Made by a program: the position numbers and the translations under genes | Part shown: piece by piece, positions 1 through 10,035 of the stretch | How the letters are laid out: every line of letters starts with the position of its first letter | How positions within the stretch are numbered: position 1 is the first letter of the stretch | Assembly: GCF_000341395.1 (NCBI RefSeq) | Contig: NC_020304.1 | Location: 2,460,001 to 2,492,000 of the forward strand | Direction of reading: 5' to 3' | DNA: 32,000 bases | Origin: Desulfocapsa sulfexigens DSM 10523 | Lineage (GTDB): Bacteria > Desulfobacterota > Desulfobulbia > Desulfobulbales > Desulfocapsaceae | Notes under the pieces: model-generated | Databases searched by the model: none | The model's input: the letters and a program-made list of their open reading frames with translations, nothing else | Told to the model about the DNA's origin: nothing

Positions 1-1450
1 CCGGGTACATGTCGAAGTCTTCAACCCAGGTTGTGCCTATCTCAATTTGTGTGTCGATACGGCCATTTTTGCCTAATCCCACCATGTACCTTCCCTTCAT
101 GTGAAGACGGGCATAGGATGTGTCGGAAAGAAGTGCTTCTGAGGCACCGCGAAGATCTATAAACAGATAGTCGCCGTATTGAGGGAAAATAGATTCTTCT
201 GTATCTGAAAAACGAAAGGTTCCACCAAGACTGTAGAGAGCAGTGTTTTCGTCGGGCTCACCTTCAACACTGAACTGTTCGCTTGAAGCGAGGACGAAGC
301 CTTTGTAAAGAAGTGTGTCGGCAAGGTTTCTTCGTACGAATGCTGTTTCCATTTCAAGGGTGGCACTGCTTGTGTCGGGAGTCTGGTCAAATTCATAACT
401 GGCTGTCGATACCCATCTGTCAGTGAGAGGTTTTACAACCGGGATATTATACTGAGCCCGAATGATGCTTTCTGTCCAGGCAAGTTTGACAGAAAGCTCC
501 GAGTGGTGGCCGTAACGATTGAGTAATCTGTCGTCCCAGCGTGCGGATCCACGAATTCCTGTGTCGGAATCATAGCCGACCCCAAATGTAAATTTATGTG
601 GGGCAATCGGTTTCATAATCACAGTCAAAGGTAATTGTTGATCCAGTGATTCTTCGTAACGTGGGGTAATGGTTACTTCTCTGGCGTAATTACTTGCAAT
701 CAGATTCTGCTGAAATTCCAGCAGGGCCTCATAGGAATAGGGGGTTCCCTTTTCCATGGTGATGTATTTTGTGAGCAGGTCTGGATTAAGAAAATCCTGC
801 AGAAAAGTGATATTTCCAAAGTAATACAGAGGACCGGTATCCATGTGAAGAGTTAATTTTGCAGTGTTGCTATCAAGATCAACCAGCCATTCACTTGTTA
901 TGAATCTTGCCTTTGGATATCCATTGGAAAAGGCTATGTTCATAAAAGTATTCTTTGCTGCTTCATACTCTGCATGGATCAGGGTTTTCCCTGCCTTTCT
1001 AAGGTAATCCTTTATGCTCTGCTGGAGTGCCGGATGGTTCATTCCTTCACCAAACCATTGTACGTCTCTACCTGTTATGACAACAGGTTCTCCCTTGTCT
1101 ACTCTGTAGGTGGCGAACCATTGACCATCTTCTTCGATCAACGCCGAGCGAATCTCTGGAATATAATAGCCAAAGGGTTGCAGGGCTTCACGAATTTCCT
1201 GCGGCGCCTGCTGGTGTAGCTTCTTGATCCAACGCGGGGTGAGATCCTCGTCATTTTTCATTTTGTTGATATCGAGAAAAAGGAGGACATTTTGCCGAAA
1301 GGGGGCTTCGAGTCCGGTAAGGTCTACACTAAGAGGTGTTGCAGCCATGGCCGGAAAGGAAAACAGGATAAGGAGCAGGCTGAATGCAAGTTGGATGCTT
1401 CGTAAAACATACTGGCTGGGAATGCTTGGGAGGAACATAAAAATGTTCAT
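1..1450 (-). CDS. tamA: Omp85-family outer-membrane protein, TamA/YtfM-like translocation and assembly module subunit. The C-terminal part runs off the left edge of the window.
   Basis: Hand translation of the minus strand from the ATG at 1450 is open to position 1. It reads MNIFMFLPS...LLILFSFPAMAATPL (signal peptide), then POTRA-like segments (ITGRDVQWFGEG..., LYYFGNITFLQDF...) and beta-barrel-like alternating strands (FTFGVGYDSDTGIRGSARWDDR...). It is missing from the ORF track only because its stop lies outside the window. Confidence 0.8.
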   Translation of the reverse strand, partial: MNIFMFLPSIPSQYVLRSIQLAFSLLLILFSFPAMAATPLSVDLTGLEAPFRQNVLLFLDINKMKNDEDLTPRWIKKLHQQAPQEIREALQPFGYYIPEIRSALIEEDGQWFATYRVDKGEPVVITGRDVQWFGEGMNHPALQQSIKDYLRKAGKTLIHAEYEAAKNTFMNIAFSNGYPKARFITSEWLVDLDSNTAKLTLHMDTGPLYYFGNITFLQDFLNPDLLTKYITMEKGTPYSYEALLEFQQNLIASNYAREVTITPRYEESLDQQLPLTVIMKPIAPHKFTFGVGYDSDTGIRGSARWDDRLLNRYGHHSELSVKLAWTESIIRAQYNIPVVKPLTDRWVSTASYEFDQTPDTSSATLEMETAFVRRNLADTLLYKGFVLASSEQFSVEGEPDENTALYSLGGTFRFSDTEESIFPQYGDYLFIDLRGASEALLSDTSYARLHMKGRYMVGLGKNGRIDTQIEIGTTWVEDFDMYP

Positions 1451-1464
1451 AACAGAGCTTGTGA

Positions 1465-1929
1465 CTACTGGGTGGGTAGTGATTGTTTGCCTGAAATACT
1501 TTCTATTGAGACCTTGATAACAGCAGTTGCCTGTACCATTTTGTCTGGGAAGTCAAATTGCTTGTCACTGTACTGTGCCATGATGATAGCAAGGGCAAAT
1601 TTTTTCGCCTCGTTATTTTCCACTAGAGAAGCCTTGCCAAATCCTACAATGGACTGAAACTTCATACTCCAACTGCATGCTTTTTCGGCTGCAACCGTTT
1701 CAATGAGATGGTCAAACTCAAAACAGACATTCGGGTTGGTTGTAATCAGATTGATCTTTTTTCCCTCTTTGGCACCGTGGAAATAGAGTACATTGTCATG
1801 GTAGCCAAAGGAGAGCGGAATTACATAAGGTGTGTCTCCATCCACCATGGCAAGTCTGCAGATTTTCGCTTTTGCTATAATCGCAAGGAGTTCAGCGTGG
1901 TCTGTAATCTCTTTTTCTTTTCTTCGCAT
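1465..1929 (-). CDS. Pyridoxamine 5'-phosphate oxidase family (FMN-binding split-barrel) protein
   Basis: 154-aa ORF. The N-terminal pattern MRRKEKEITD..ELLAIIAKAKICRLAMVDGDTPYVIPLSFGY..NVLYFHGAKEGKK is typical of the PNPOx-like/NimA-type split-barrel family. Confidence 0.7.
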   Translation of the reverse strand: MRRKEKEITDHAELLAIIAKAKICRLAMVDGDTPYVIPLSFGYHDNVLYFHGAKEGKKINLITTNPNVCFEFDHLIETVAAEKACSWSMKFQSIVGFGKASLVENNEAKKFALAIIMAQYSDKQFDFPDKMVQATAVIKVSIESISGKQSLPTQ

Positions 1930-1966
1930 GATGGTTTTTTGTCTGGGTAAAAAAAGGAGGCGTTTC

Positions 1967-2581
1967 TCAATCTTTTAGTAAAATAGCACAGCCTGCTGTA
2001 ATCATTACGCCTCCTGCACATCTGTTGGTCATCTTAAGAGCTTTTGCACTTTTAAAGAGTTGTCCGGCTCGCGCAGCTGTCCAGGCGTAGCAGAGAAGAA
2101 CGCTTCCAAGGACTGTGGTAACCACGATGCTGATTGCCAGAATGTCAAGATGACTGAGGCTGGCAAGATCAACAAAGGTGGGAAGAAAACCGAGGTAAAA
2201 GAGAATGACCTTTGGATTTGCAAGGGTGATAATCAGTCCGCTACCAAAATTCTTTTTCCACGACAGTTCTTTAATGCCTTCTATGGAAACTGGTTCCGGC
2301 GCAGAACGCCATATTTTGATTCCCAGCCAGATCAGGTAAAGCCCGCCACCATATTTTACAAAGACAAAAAAGCTACCAAGTATTTCAGCCATGGCGGAAA
2401 GGCCATAGACAGCGAGTAGCAGGAATATAAGGTCTCCTGTGACAATGCCAAGTACTAGGATAGCAGCATGGGCAAAGCCATTGGAGAGGGCACGTGCCAC
2501 CGTAGCAAAGACGCCAGGTCCTGGGGATGCTGCCAGGAGAAACATGGCAGCACCGAAGGTGATGAGTGTTAAAGTTGTCAT
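1967..2581 (-). CDS. LysE/RhtB-family amino-acid efflux translocator
   Basis: Multi-TM ORF with the family N-terminal signature MTTLTLITFGAAMFLLAASPGPGVF. I prefer the ATG at 2581 to the track's GTG at 2644, which adds an atypical hydrophilic 21-aa extension. Confidence 0.8.
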   Translation of the reverse strand: MTTLTLITFGAAMFLLAASPGPGVFATVARALSNGFAHAAILVLGIVTGDLIFLLLAVYGLSAMAEILGSFFVFVKYGGGLYLIWLGIKIWRSAPEPVSIEGIKELSWKKNFGSGLIITLANPKVILFYLGFLPTFVDLASLSHLDILAISIVVTTVLGSVLLCYAWTAARAGQLFKSAKALKMTNRCAGGVMITAGCAILLKD

Positions 2582-2729
2582 GGGCTTTTGTTCAAGGTAG
2601 TTAGGCAAAAGGCTGAAGGGTTGATAAGAGTATTTTTTTTTCACCTTCAGCCTGATACAGGTATATAACGAACCCTGTTTATGTAGTAAAGAGACATATT
2701 ACCACAAAACGGAAAATCGAGTTATAGCG

Positions 2730-3917
2730 TTACAGGGCCTTGGCCTTGTCCATGGCTCTCTGAAATGCAGCAGCGGATCCTGCTATAACGTCGTCACCGA
2801 CGCAAAAGGCCAGTCTGAAGTAACCGGGTGCTCCAAATCCCTGACCAGGAACGGCGAGGATTTTTTCTTCCTGAAGAATTGCACAGAATTTCACATCATC
2901 TGCAATAGGTGCTTTTGGAAAGACATAGAAGGCACCCTTGGGTGGAATGAAGTCATATCCGGCGTCACTTAAAAGCTTACAGAAGGTTTCACGTCGCTTG
3001 ACATAGATGGAGTTGTCGACACTTGCATCCTGAAGTTCTGCAACAACGCGCTGCATAAGAGCAGGGGCGTTGACAAAACCAAGAATACGATTGGCAAGGG
3101 TCATGGCATCGAGAAGGGCAGCTTTGTCAGCGATGTCGGGGTGTACAGCCAGGTATCCAATCCTCTCGCCTGGAAGAGAGAGATCCTTGGAGTAGGAAGA
3201 GAGTACGATGGAATTCTTTGTCGCCTGAAAGACGCTGCCCACCACATTATCGTCAAAGATGATTTTGCGGTAGGGCTCATCGGCGATCAGATAAATGGTG
3301 GTCTTCAGCTCCGCACCTTTCTTGTCCAGCAGTGCGCCGAGTTTGTTTAAGGACTCCTGGGAGTAGATTTGACCGGTAGGGTTGTTGGGAGAGTTGGTGA
3401 TTACAACTTTTGTGTTTTCAGTGATAGCGGCTTCAATGGCTGCCATATCAAGATTAAACTCAGCATCGGTCTGGACAACCTTGCTTACTCCGCCATGGTT
3501 GTCAACGTAGAAATTGTATTCCACAAAGTAGGGAGCGAGAAGGATCACTTCCTCCCCGGGATTGAGTAGAGCTTTCATCACCACATTTAAGGCACCAGCA
3601 GCTCCACAGGTCATAAGCATATCGCCATGGAAGACATCTATGCCCTGCTCCTGGGACATTTTTCCGGCAAGTGCTTCACGTACCCACGGGTAGCCGCCGT
3701 TTGGCATATAGGCATGAACCATGGGTGTTTCGTCTTTAACGATTTCCTGAATAACCCTGTTGTACTCAGGCGGTGGCGGGACGTCGGGGTTACCGAGGCT
3801 GAAGTCAAAAACATTTTCGGCTCCGTATTTGGCCTTCATCTTGGCGCCTTCTTCAAACATCTTACGAATCCAGGATGATTTTTCGGCAAAGCCACGCATT
3901 TTTGTTGAAATAGTCAT
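2730..3917 (-). CDS. PLP-dependent class-I/II aminotransferase (aspartate/alanine aminotransferase-like)
   Basis: 395 aa. Contains NSPNNPTGQ and the PLP-lysine motif SYSKDLSLPGERIGY. AAGGAG Shine-Dalgarno about 9 nt upstream of the ATG at 3917. Confidence 0.9.
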   Translation of the reverse strand: MTISTKMRGFAEKSSWIRKMFEEGAKMKAKYGAENVFDFSLGNPDVPPPPEYNRVIQEIVKDETPMVHAYMPNGGYPWVREALAGKMSQEQGIDVFHGDMLMTCGAAGALNVVMKALLNPGEEVILLAPYFVEYNFYVDNHGGVSKVVQTDAEFNLDMAAIEAAITENTKVVITNSPNNPTGQIYSQESLNKLGALLDKKGAELKTTIYLIADEPYRKIIFDDNVVGSVFQATKNSIVLSSYSKDLSLPGERIGYLAVHPDIADKAALLDAMTLANRILGFVNAPALMQRVVAELQDASVDNSIYVKRRETFCKLLSDAGYDFIPPKGAFYVFPKAPIADDVKFCAILQEEKILAVPGQGFGAPGYFRLAFCVGDDVIAGSAAAFQRAMDKAKAL

Positions 3918-3952
3918 TTATTTTACTCCTTAATATGTCTCTTGATAAGCTT

Positions 3953-4783
3953 TTATTCTTTCTTCAGGAAATCATATGCAGCATTGATTTCTTTCATTTT
4001 TTCTTCGGCTACAGCACGGAATTCCTGGCCCAGGTGGTTCACCTTATCCGGATGATATTTCATGCTGAGTTTCCTGTACGCCTTTTTGATGGCATCCTTG
4101 TCTGCACCGGGACTGAGTCCCAGTACCGCATAATAATGATCCGTGGAGCCCCCCCTTCCTGAACTGCTCTGCTGCTGTCTGCCATACTTGTATTTTGCCT
4201 CGATGGTTCTTTTGTCATATTCCTTGATTTGCAGATAATCAGCAATATCCCGGGCTACCTTCAATTCTGCCTCGGGTACCTGTGTCTTGGTATAGAGCAC
4301 CTGATAAATGAGTTCAAGAAGAATGAGGCGCGGTTCGTAGGCAAAGGTATTGCGGAATTCCAGAAGCAGGGATTCCATGGATTGTGTTGAGTCAACGGCC
4401 TCTCTAATAAGATCTTTGACCCAGTACATCCTGGTTTGATCATACCGGAGATTCTGCTGGAAAAAACGCTGAATGGTGGAGATTTCTTCTTTGGTTACAG
4501 TACCATCAATCTTGGCAATGCTGATGAGAATTTGAACCAGGAGCCATACAAATCGATTATGGCTCTCCGTCTGAGACGATTCGTATGTGGAAACCTTGCT
4601 TTTAATCCAGTAACTGAATCCCCAGAAAATACCAATAAATATCAGAACAGCTACAATGCCGGAGTAGAGGAGAAAACCAAGAAAGTTAAATAGCCCCGAG
4701 AAGCCACTGGTAAGAAGTATGAAAAGAAGCAGGACAAGAAGGCACCCTCCGCACCCTGGTTGTTCACGTCGTTGGTATTGCAT
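3953..4783 (-). CDS. djlA: DjlA-like membrane-anchored J-domain co-chaperone (TM + TerB-like domain + C-terminal DnaJ domain)
   Basis: N-terminal hydrophobic helices, a central TerB-like region ([20 protein letters not shown]), and a C-terminal J domain ([32 protein letters not shown]) containing the HPD motif. Confidence 0.75.
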   Translation of the reverse strand: MQYQRREQPGCGGCLLVLLLFILLTSGFSGLFNFLGFLLYSGIVAVLIFIGIFWGFSYWIKSKVSTYESSQTESHNRFVWLLVQILISIAKIDGTVTKEEISTIQRFFQQNLRYDQTRMYWVKDLIREAVDSTQSMESLLLEFRNTFAYEPRLILLELIYQVLYTKTQVPEAELKVARDIADYLQIKEYDKRTIEAKYKYGRQQQSSSGRGGSTDHYYAVLGLSPGADKDAIKKAYRKLSMKYHPDKVNHLGQEFRAVAEEKMKEINAAYDFLKKE

Positions 4784-4806
4784 GGTATTGGAAAATTATA
4801 TAAATA

Positions 4807-5925
4807 TTAGTGGTTGTGGGTTTCGTCACCAAAAAGGGCATTGATAAAGTCATCGGGATTAAAGTCGCGGAGGTCATCGATCTGCTCTCCAATACCGATA
4901 AAACGGATGGGGATTGAAAGCTCGCGGCAAATACAGGCAACAATGCCACCCTTGGCCGTGCCATCAAGTTTGGTGAGTGCAAGGCCGGTGATCCCAACGG
5001 CATCATTAAAAAGCTTTGCCTGGGAAACTGCATTCTGGCCTGTTGTGGCATCGAGCACCAGCAGAATTTCATGCGGGGCACCTTCAAGCCGTTTCCCCAT
5101 GACCCGTTTTATTTTTTTCAACTCTTCCATAAGGTTGACCTGGGTGTGGAGGCGTCCTGCAGTGTCCACAATAACCACGTCGTATTCTTTTGCCACGGCA
5201 AGATCTATGGCGTCAAAGGCTACGGCCGATGGGTCAGCTCCTTCCTGCTGGTGGACAACGGTGACGTCGTTACGCTCTCCCCAGATCTTCAATTGGGCTA
5301 CGGCGGCGGCGCGAAAGGTGTCTGCAGCAACAAGTAGAACAGACTGACCGGCCTGTTTGAACTTTTTGGTGATTTTACCAATCGTTGTGGTTTTTCCAAC
5401 GCCATTCACCCCGACAACCATGATCACAAAAGGTCCCGATTCTGGCCTGACAAGTTCCGCCGGCTGGTCGGACTCCATGAGAAAAGAGCGTAACTTTTCT
5501 TTAAGTACGATTTTCAATTCCTGCGGGTCAGAGAGTGCGTTGCGCTTTACGTTTCTTCTGGCATCATCAAGGAGTTCCATGGTGGTGTTGATACCGAGAT
5601 CCGCAGTGATCAGGATTTCTTCGAGCTCGTCAAAGAGGTCAGCATCGATCTCCTTTCTGCCGAGAAAGAGAGTGTCCATCCGGTGGACAAGTGACTCTTT
5701 GGTCTTGCTGAGGCGTGTGGAGAGGCGCTGAAACATCGTTCCTAATCCAGATGCTTCCTCCTTTTTAACTCCTTCTGTGGCGCTGTCTGACTTTTTGGGT
5801 TCTGTGACAGATGGCAGACACTCCGGGGAGGACAGAACGGTATCCGAGACTATTCCTTTCTCTTTTTCTTTTAGTGTGGCAGCCTCATCATTTTTTGAAA
5901 ATTTCTTTTTGAACCAACCTAGCAT
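4807..5925 (-). CDS. ftsY: Signal recognition particle receptor FtsY
   Basis: 372 aa. Acidic/basic N-terminal region followed by the SRP GTPase NG domain: GVNGVGKTTTIGK (G1), DTAGR (G3), TKLDGTAKGG (G4/G5). Confidence 0.95.
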   Translation of the reverse strand: MLGWFKKKFSKNDEAATLKEKEKGIVSDTVLSSPECLPSVTEPKKSDSATEGVKKEEASGLGTMFQRLSTRLSKTKESLVHRMDTLFLGRKEIDADLFDELEEILITADLGINTTMELLDDARRNVKRNALSDPQELKIVLKEKLRSFLMESDQPAELVRPESGPFVIMVVGVNGVGKTTTIGKITKKFKQAGQSVLLVAADTFRAAAVAQLKIWGERNDVTVVHQQEGADPSAVAFDAIDLAVAKEYDVVIVDTAGRLHTQVNLMEELKKIKRVMGKRLEGAPHEILLVLDATTGQNAVSQAKLFNDAVGITGLALTKLDGTAKGGIVACICRELSIPIRFIGIGEQIDDLRDFNPDDFINALFGDETHNH

Positions 5926-6220
5926 TTATGGAATCCCTGTTAAGAACGAGTTGAATTGTGAAACATATACATGAAAAACTTTCCATACTACGGCTAGATC
6001 AAGAAGAAAGCAATAAAAACAGACACTGTTTGCTGCCATTTTACTATTCTAATTTGGGAGATGGAAAATATTTGCTTTTCCGGAGAACAGCATTAGTGTA
6101 TGCCTTGGTTGTGAGCCGCCTGAGTGATCAGTTCATTAGCTGTGGCGCGACTGTTTGCGGCTGGAAAATAACAGATAATTCTGTTTTATAAACGTTTATA
6201 TATTGTATGAGGAGAATGTT

Positions 6221-7204
6221 ATGTCTAGTTCATGTGGATCAAGTAGTTCCTGTTCAAGCAGTTCTTGCGGTAGCAATACCAAAGAATCCCAACAAGCTAA
6301 AATGGCGCAGCAGGACAATGCCATTACCCGATCTCTTGGGAAGATCAAAAATAAAATTCTTGTAATGAGTGGAAAGGGTGGGGTAGGTAAGTCCACCGTC
6401 TCGGTCAATCTGGCACTCGGTCTTGCAGCAAGAGGTCATAAAGTTGGGTTGATGGATGTTGATCTTCATGGCCCGGATGTTATTCGGATGCTTAATCTTA
6501 AGGGAAGCCTTGAGGCGCCAAAGAATCCCAATGATCTCGTTGCTCCCCTTCAGTACAATGATAACCTTAAGGTGGTTTCCCTTGAATATATGATGAAAAA
6601 TCGGGACGAGGCTATCATCTGGCGCGGTCCCTTGAAAATTCAGGCTATTCGTCAGTTCGTCGCTGATATGGATTGGGGTGAATTAGATTACCTCATCGTG
6701 GATGCTCCTCCAGGAACCGGTGATGAACCCCTTTCCGTTGCTCAAACGATTCCTCACGTGAAGGCTATAGTTGTTACAACCCCCCAGAAGGTTGCCCTGG
6801 CCGATGTCCGGAAATCGCTCAATTTTTGTAAGACAGTTGAAATGGATGTGACTGGTATTATAGAAAACATGTCAGGATTTGTCTGTCCTGAATGTAACAC
6901 TACCGTGAATATCTTTAAGACTGGCGGCGGGGAGGAGCTTTCCCGTGAATTTGATTTGCCTTTCCTTGGTGCTGTTCCCATGGATCCGAAGGTTGTTATC
7001 GCTGGAGATGATGGTGTTCCCTATCTTTCATCCGATGCCAAGAGTCCCGCAACTGCGGCTTTTGCCAAGATAATTGATGCTGTTGAGCTGCGTCTGCCTC
7101 CAGTTGCCGCCCCCGTAACCCTGAACATGGCTTCTACTGATTCTGGTTCTTCGGATTGTGGTTGTGGCAGTGGGGGATGCAATCCAAATACCTGTGATTG
7201 CTGA
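6221..7204 (+). CDS. apbC: Mrp/NBP35/ApbC-family iron-sulfur cluster carrier ATPase with Cys/Ser-rich tails at both ends
   Basis: Deviant Walker A SGKGGVGKST, DAPPGTGDE, and the cluster-bridging CPEC motif (GFVCPECNT). GAGGAG SD 6 nt upstream of the ATG at 6221; the track start at 6203 has no SD. Confidence 0.9.
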   Translation: MSSSCGSSSSCSSSSCGSNTKESQQAKMAQQDNAITRSLGKIKNKILVMSGKGGVGKSTVSVNLALGLAARGHKVGLMDVDLHGPDVIRMLNLKGSLEAPKNPNDLVAPLQYNDNLKVVSLEYMMKNRDEAIIWRGPLKIQAIRQFVADMDWGELDYLIVDAPPGTGDEPLSVAQTIPHVKAIVVTTPQKVALADVRKSLNFCKTVEMDVTGIIENMSGFVCPECNTTVNIFKTGGGEELSREFDLPFLGAVPMDPKVVIAGDDGVPYLSSDAKSPATAAFAKIIDAVELRLPPVAAPVTLNMASTDSGSSDCGCGSGGCNPNTCDC

Positions 7205-7239
7205 TATGCGGTAAAATATTTGTCAGCACCACCTGTGCC

Positions 7240-7287
7240 CGATCTTCCTTTTCCATACAGCGAAAACTATTATGGGAAAGGGGATCG
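7240..7287 (+). terminator. Long imperfect hairpin immediately downstream of mrp/apbC; possible terminator, no U-tract
   Basis: cgatcttccttttccata (7240-7257) pairs with tatgggaaaggggatcg (7271-7287): about 17 pairs with one bulge and a few G-U pairs, and a 13-nt loop. Followed by aacacatg, which is not T-rich. Confidence 0.35.
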
Positions 7288-7416
7288 AACACATGTGAGG
7301 CACTGCTGAACGTTTCCCTCTGGGTATACTACTGGTAAAGGACTTGAAAGAGATTCTCAGTGCTTTGAGTTGTTTCTCTTCAGTCTTCAGCCTTTAACTT
7401 CTCTTTTCCTGAATAT

Positions 7417-8046
7417 ATGTTCTTAAAACAAATTACCGTTGGTTCGATGGGAGTGTGCTGCTATATTGTCGGCTGCTCCAAAACTTCCCTGTGTGCTGTG
7501 ATTGATCCCGGCGGCGATGAGGATACTATCCTCGAAGAAGTAAAGAAGGCCGGACTTACCATCGATAGTATTATTGCCACCCATGGTCATCCTGATCATG
7601 TGTGCGGCAATCGAATACTTAAAGAGGCAAGTGGCGCCGATATTATCATGCACGAAGCTGATTCTGCGTTTTTCAGTAAACCTGAAGTGCAGAATTATTT
7701 TTCCATGCTTGGCCTTGAACCGTCTCCTCCTGCGGATCGTACCGTGAAGGATGGTGACGTGATCACTGTTGGTGAGGAAGAACTTCTTGTTATCCATACT
7801 CCTGGACACACCCCTGGCGGGATCTGTCTCTACTGTGCTCCGGATCTGATCACTGGAGATTCTCTGTTTGTTGGCGGTATCGGAAGAACTGATTTTCCCG
7901 GTGGCTCTCATGATGAGCTGATCAGGGCCATCAAGGGAAGACTGCTTAGCCTACCACCGGAAACAGTTGTCTGGCCGGGACATGGTTATGGTGGGTCTCG
8001 TTCAACCATCGAAGAAGAGGCCCGATCTAATCCTTATTTGAGCTGA
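7417..8046 (+). CDS. MBL-fold metallo-hydrolase (glyoxalase II / hydroxyacylglutathione hydrolase-like)
   Basis: 209 aa with the metallo-beta-lactamase motif THGHPDH, later HTPGHTPG, and a C-terminal GHG. Confidence 0.85.
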   Translation: MFLKQITVGSMGVCCYIVGCSKTSLCAVIDPGGDEDTILEEVKKAGLTIDSIIATHGHPDHVCGNRILKEASGADIIMHEADSAFFSKPEVQNYFSMLGLEPSPPADRTVKDGDVITVGEEELLVIHTPGHTPGGICLYCAPDLITGDSLFVGGIGRTDFPGGSHDELIRAIKGRLLSLPPETVVWPGHGYGGSRSTIEEEARSNPYLS

Positions 8047-8070
8047 TTATTCAATAACCAACAATTCCTT

Positions 8071-10002
8071 ATGCGTGAAATAGTCCTAGGTACAGCAGGT
8101 CATGTTGATCATGGCAAAACCAGTTTTGTTCGTGCGCTTACCGGTATTGAGACCGATCGTCTCAAGGAGGAAAAAAAGCGTGGGATTACTATTGAACTGG
8201 GGTTTGCCTACCTTGACCTTCCCTGTGGCCATCGCCTGGGAATTGTGGATGTACCTGGCCATGAAAAATTCGTAAAAAACATGGTGTCCGGAGTCTCTGG
8301 CATGGATCTTGTTGCTTTTATCATTGCAGCAGATGAAGGGATTATGCCGCAGACAGAGGAACATTTTGAAATCTGTCGTCTGTTAGGAGTGAAACAGGGG
8401 ATCATCGTCATTACCAAAAAAGACATGGTGGATGAAGAGTGGCTGGAGATGGTCACCGAGGAGGTACGGGAATACTGTAAAGACAGTTTTCTTGAGGATG
8501 CGCCTCTCGTCCACGTCTCTTCCACCACCGGCGAGGGGATAGACGAGATACGTGGGCTTCTCAATACATTCGTTGCAGGACAGCAATTTAAAGAGGTGCA
8601 TGGACCTTTTCGTCTTCCCGTTGATCGTATATTTGCCATGAAAGGTTTCGGGGCTGTGATTACCGGAACCTCCATGTCTGGACGCGTTGCCATTGGAGAG
8701 GAACTCTGTTTTTATCCCACTGATATGGTTTCTAAAGTACGTGGTATCCAGGTACATTCCGCGGAGGTTGAAACCGTGGAAGCCGGGCATCGTACTGCCA
8801 TAAATCTCCAGGGTGTGGATACTGCTGCAGTGGCTCGCGGAATGGTTGCCGCTACCCCCGGCAGTCTCTTGCCAGGCTATATGCTGGACTGTGAATTCCT
8901 TTATCTTGCGTCAAATACAAAACCTTTAAAACACCGGACTCGGGTTCGGATCCATCTGGGAACAGCTGAGGTCATGGGCAGAATTTCACTCCTTGACCGT
9001 GATTTATTGCAGCCTGGAGATACGGCCAGTATACAGATCCTACTCGAAGAGGCTGTTGCGGTGTGGCCCGGGGATCGCTATGTGGTTCGCTCCTATTCGC
9101 CCGTCGGCACCATAGGTGGCGGCGAGGTTCTTGGCAATATGCCTCCGCGGAAACGCAAGCGTGTCACCGAGCGTGATCGAGAGGCGAACATCCGGAGTTT
9201 TACTGTATTGCGTGGTGAGGACGTAGAAGAGAAAATTCTGCTGTTTCTACGAGAAAGTGGAACCTCGGGACTCACGTTTGATGAACTCGCAGTCCGTCTT
9301 GGGATCTTTGGAAAACAGCTGAAAAAAATAATTACCACTCCCTTATCATCGAGAAAAATTGTGGTGGTGGATTCCTCCAGCCAGCGCTATCTTGCCAAAA
9401 GTGTCAGTGACGGTGTGGAAGAAGTTGTGTTAACAAACCTTGGACGCTATCATAGTTCAAATCCACTGCAGATAGGTCTGTCAAAGGAGGAACTGCGTTC
9501 AGGGCTTGGATCCAATGTTGATCAGAAGGTCTTTCACTTCTGTCTCCTGGAGCTGCAGAAGAAGGAACTGGTTGCTCTGGAAGATTCAGTGGTACGACTT
9601 GCCTCGCATCAGGTTGCTCTACAGGCTGATGAGAAGAAATTACAGGAGGATCTTGAGCACTGGTATCGGGAAAAAGGCTTAATCGCTCCAACCATGCGGG
9701 AGAGCATGGAACAGTTCAATGATTATCCGGAATCGCTGGTGAAAGAGGTCTTTGGGATTTTGCTGAGAGAAGGTAAACTGGTGAAAGTCAGCGAAAGCCT
9801 TTATTATGACGCTGCTGCCATTGATGCATTACGCGAGAAAATGACAGCTTTTATCGAAAATGAAGGGGAGATCGATGCCCCGCGCTTTAAAAATCTCACG
9901 GGGCTGACACGGAAGTTCTCCATTCCTCTTCTTGAATACTTTGATCGTATGAAGCTTACTATTCGAGTGGGCGATAAGCGCGTTCTGAGAAAAACACGAT
10001 AA
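8071..10002 (+). CDS. selB: Selenocysteine-specific translation elongation factor SelB
   Basis: 643 aa. EF-Tu-like GTPase N-terminus ([24 protein letters not shown]) followed by the roughly 270-aa C-terminal winged-helix extension characteristic of bacterial SelB. Confidence 0.9.
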   Translation: MREIVLGTAGHVDHGKTSFVRALTGIETDRLKEEKKRGITIELGFAYLDLPCGHRLGIVDVPGHEKFVKNMVSGVSGMDLVAFIIAADEGIMPQTEEHFEICRLLGVKQGIIVITKKDMVDEEWLEMVTEEVREYCKDSFLEDAPLVHVSSTTGEGIDEIRGLLNTFVAGQQFKEVHGPFRLPVDRIFAMKGFGAVITGTSMSGRVAIGEELCFYPTDMVSKVRGIQVHSAEVETVEAGHRTAINLQGVDTAAVARGMVAATPGSLLPGYMLDCEFLYLASNTKPLKHRTRVRIHLGTAEVMGRISLLDRDLLQPGDTASIQILLEEAVAVWPGDRYVVRSYSPVGTIGGGEVLGNMPPRKRKRVTERDREANIRSFTVLRGEDVEEKILLFLRESGTSGLTFDELAVRLGIFGKQLKKIITTPLSSRKIVVVDSSSQRYLAKSVSDGVEEVVLTNLGRYHSSNPLQIGLSKEELRSGLGSNVDQKVFHFCLLELQKKELVALEDSVVRLASHQVALQADEKKLQEDLEHWYREKGLIAPTMRESMEQFNDYPESLVKEVFGILLREGKLVKVSESLYYDAAAIDALREKMTAFIENEGEIDAPRFKNLTGLTRKFSIPLLEYFDRMKLTIRVGDKRVLRKTR

Positions 10003-10035
10003 CAGACACCCACTGAATCTCTGCAGTATTCCTGT

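Noticed and set aside
4814-5347. 177-aa plus-strand ORF antisense to ftsY. Similar antisense ORFs: 7423-7911 (-) opposite the MBL gene, 8208-8693 (-) opposite selB, 19746-20327 (+) opposite the kinase.
   Set aside because: These are shadow ORFs opposite genes with unambiguous family signatures. Their Ser/Arg/Pro-rich composition is typical of antisense frames.
7345-7416. Possible TGA (selenocysteine) read-through extending the MBL-fold ORF upstream, considered because selB is adjacent
   Set aside because: The upstream frame has two in-frame TGAs (7345 and 7366) within 75 nt and no start codon context. This is not a plausible Sec-containing extension.
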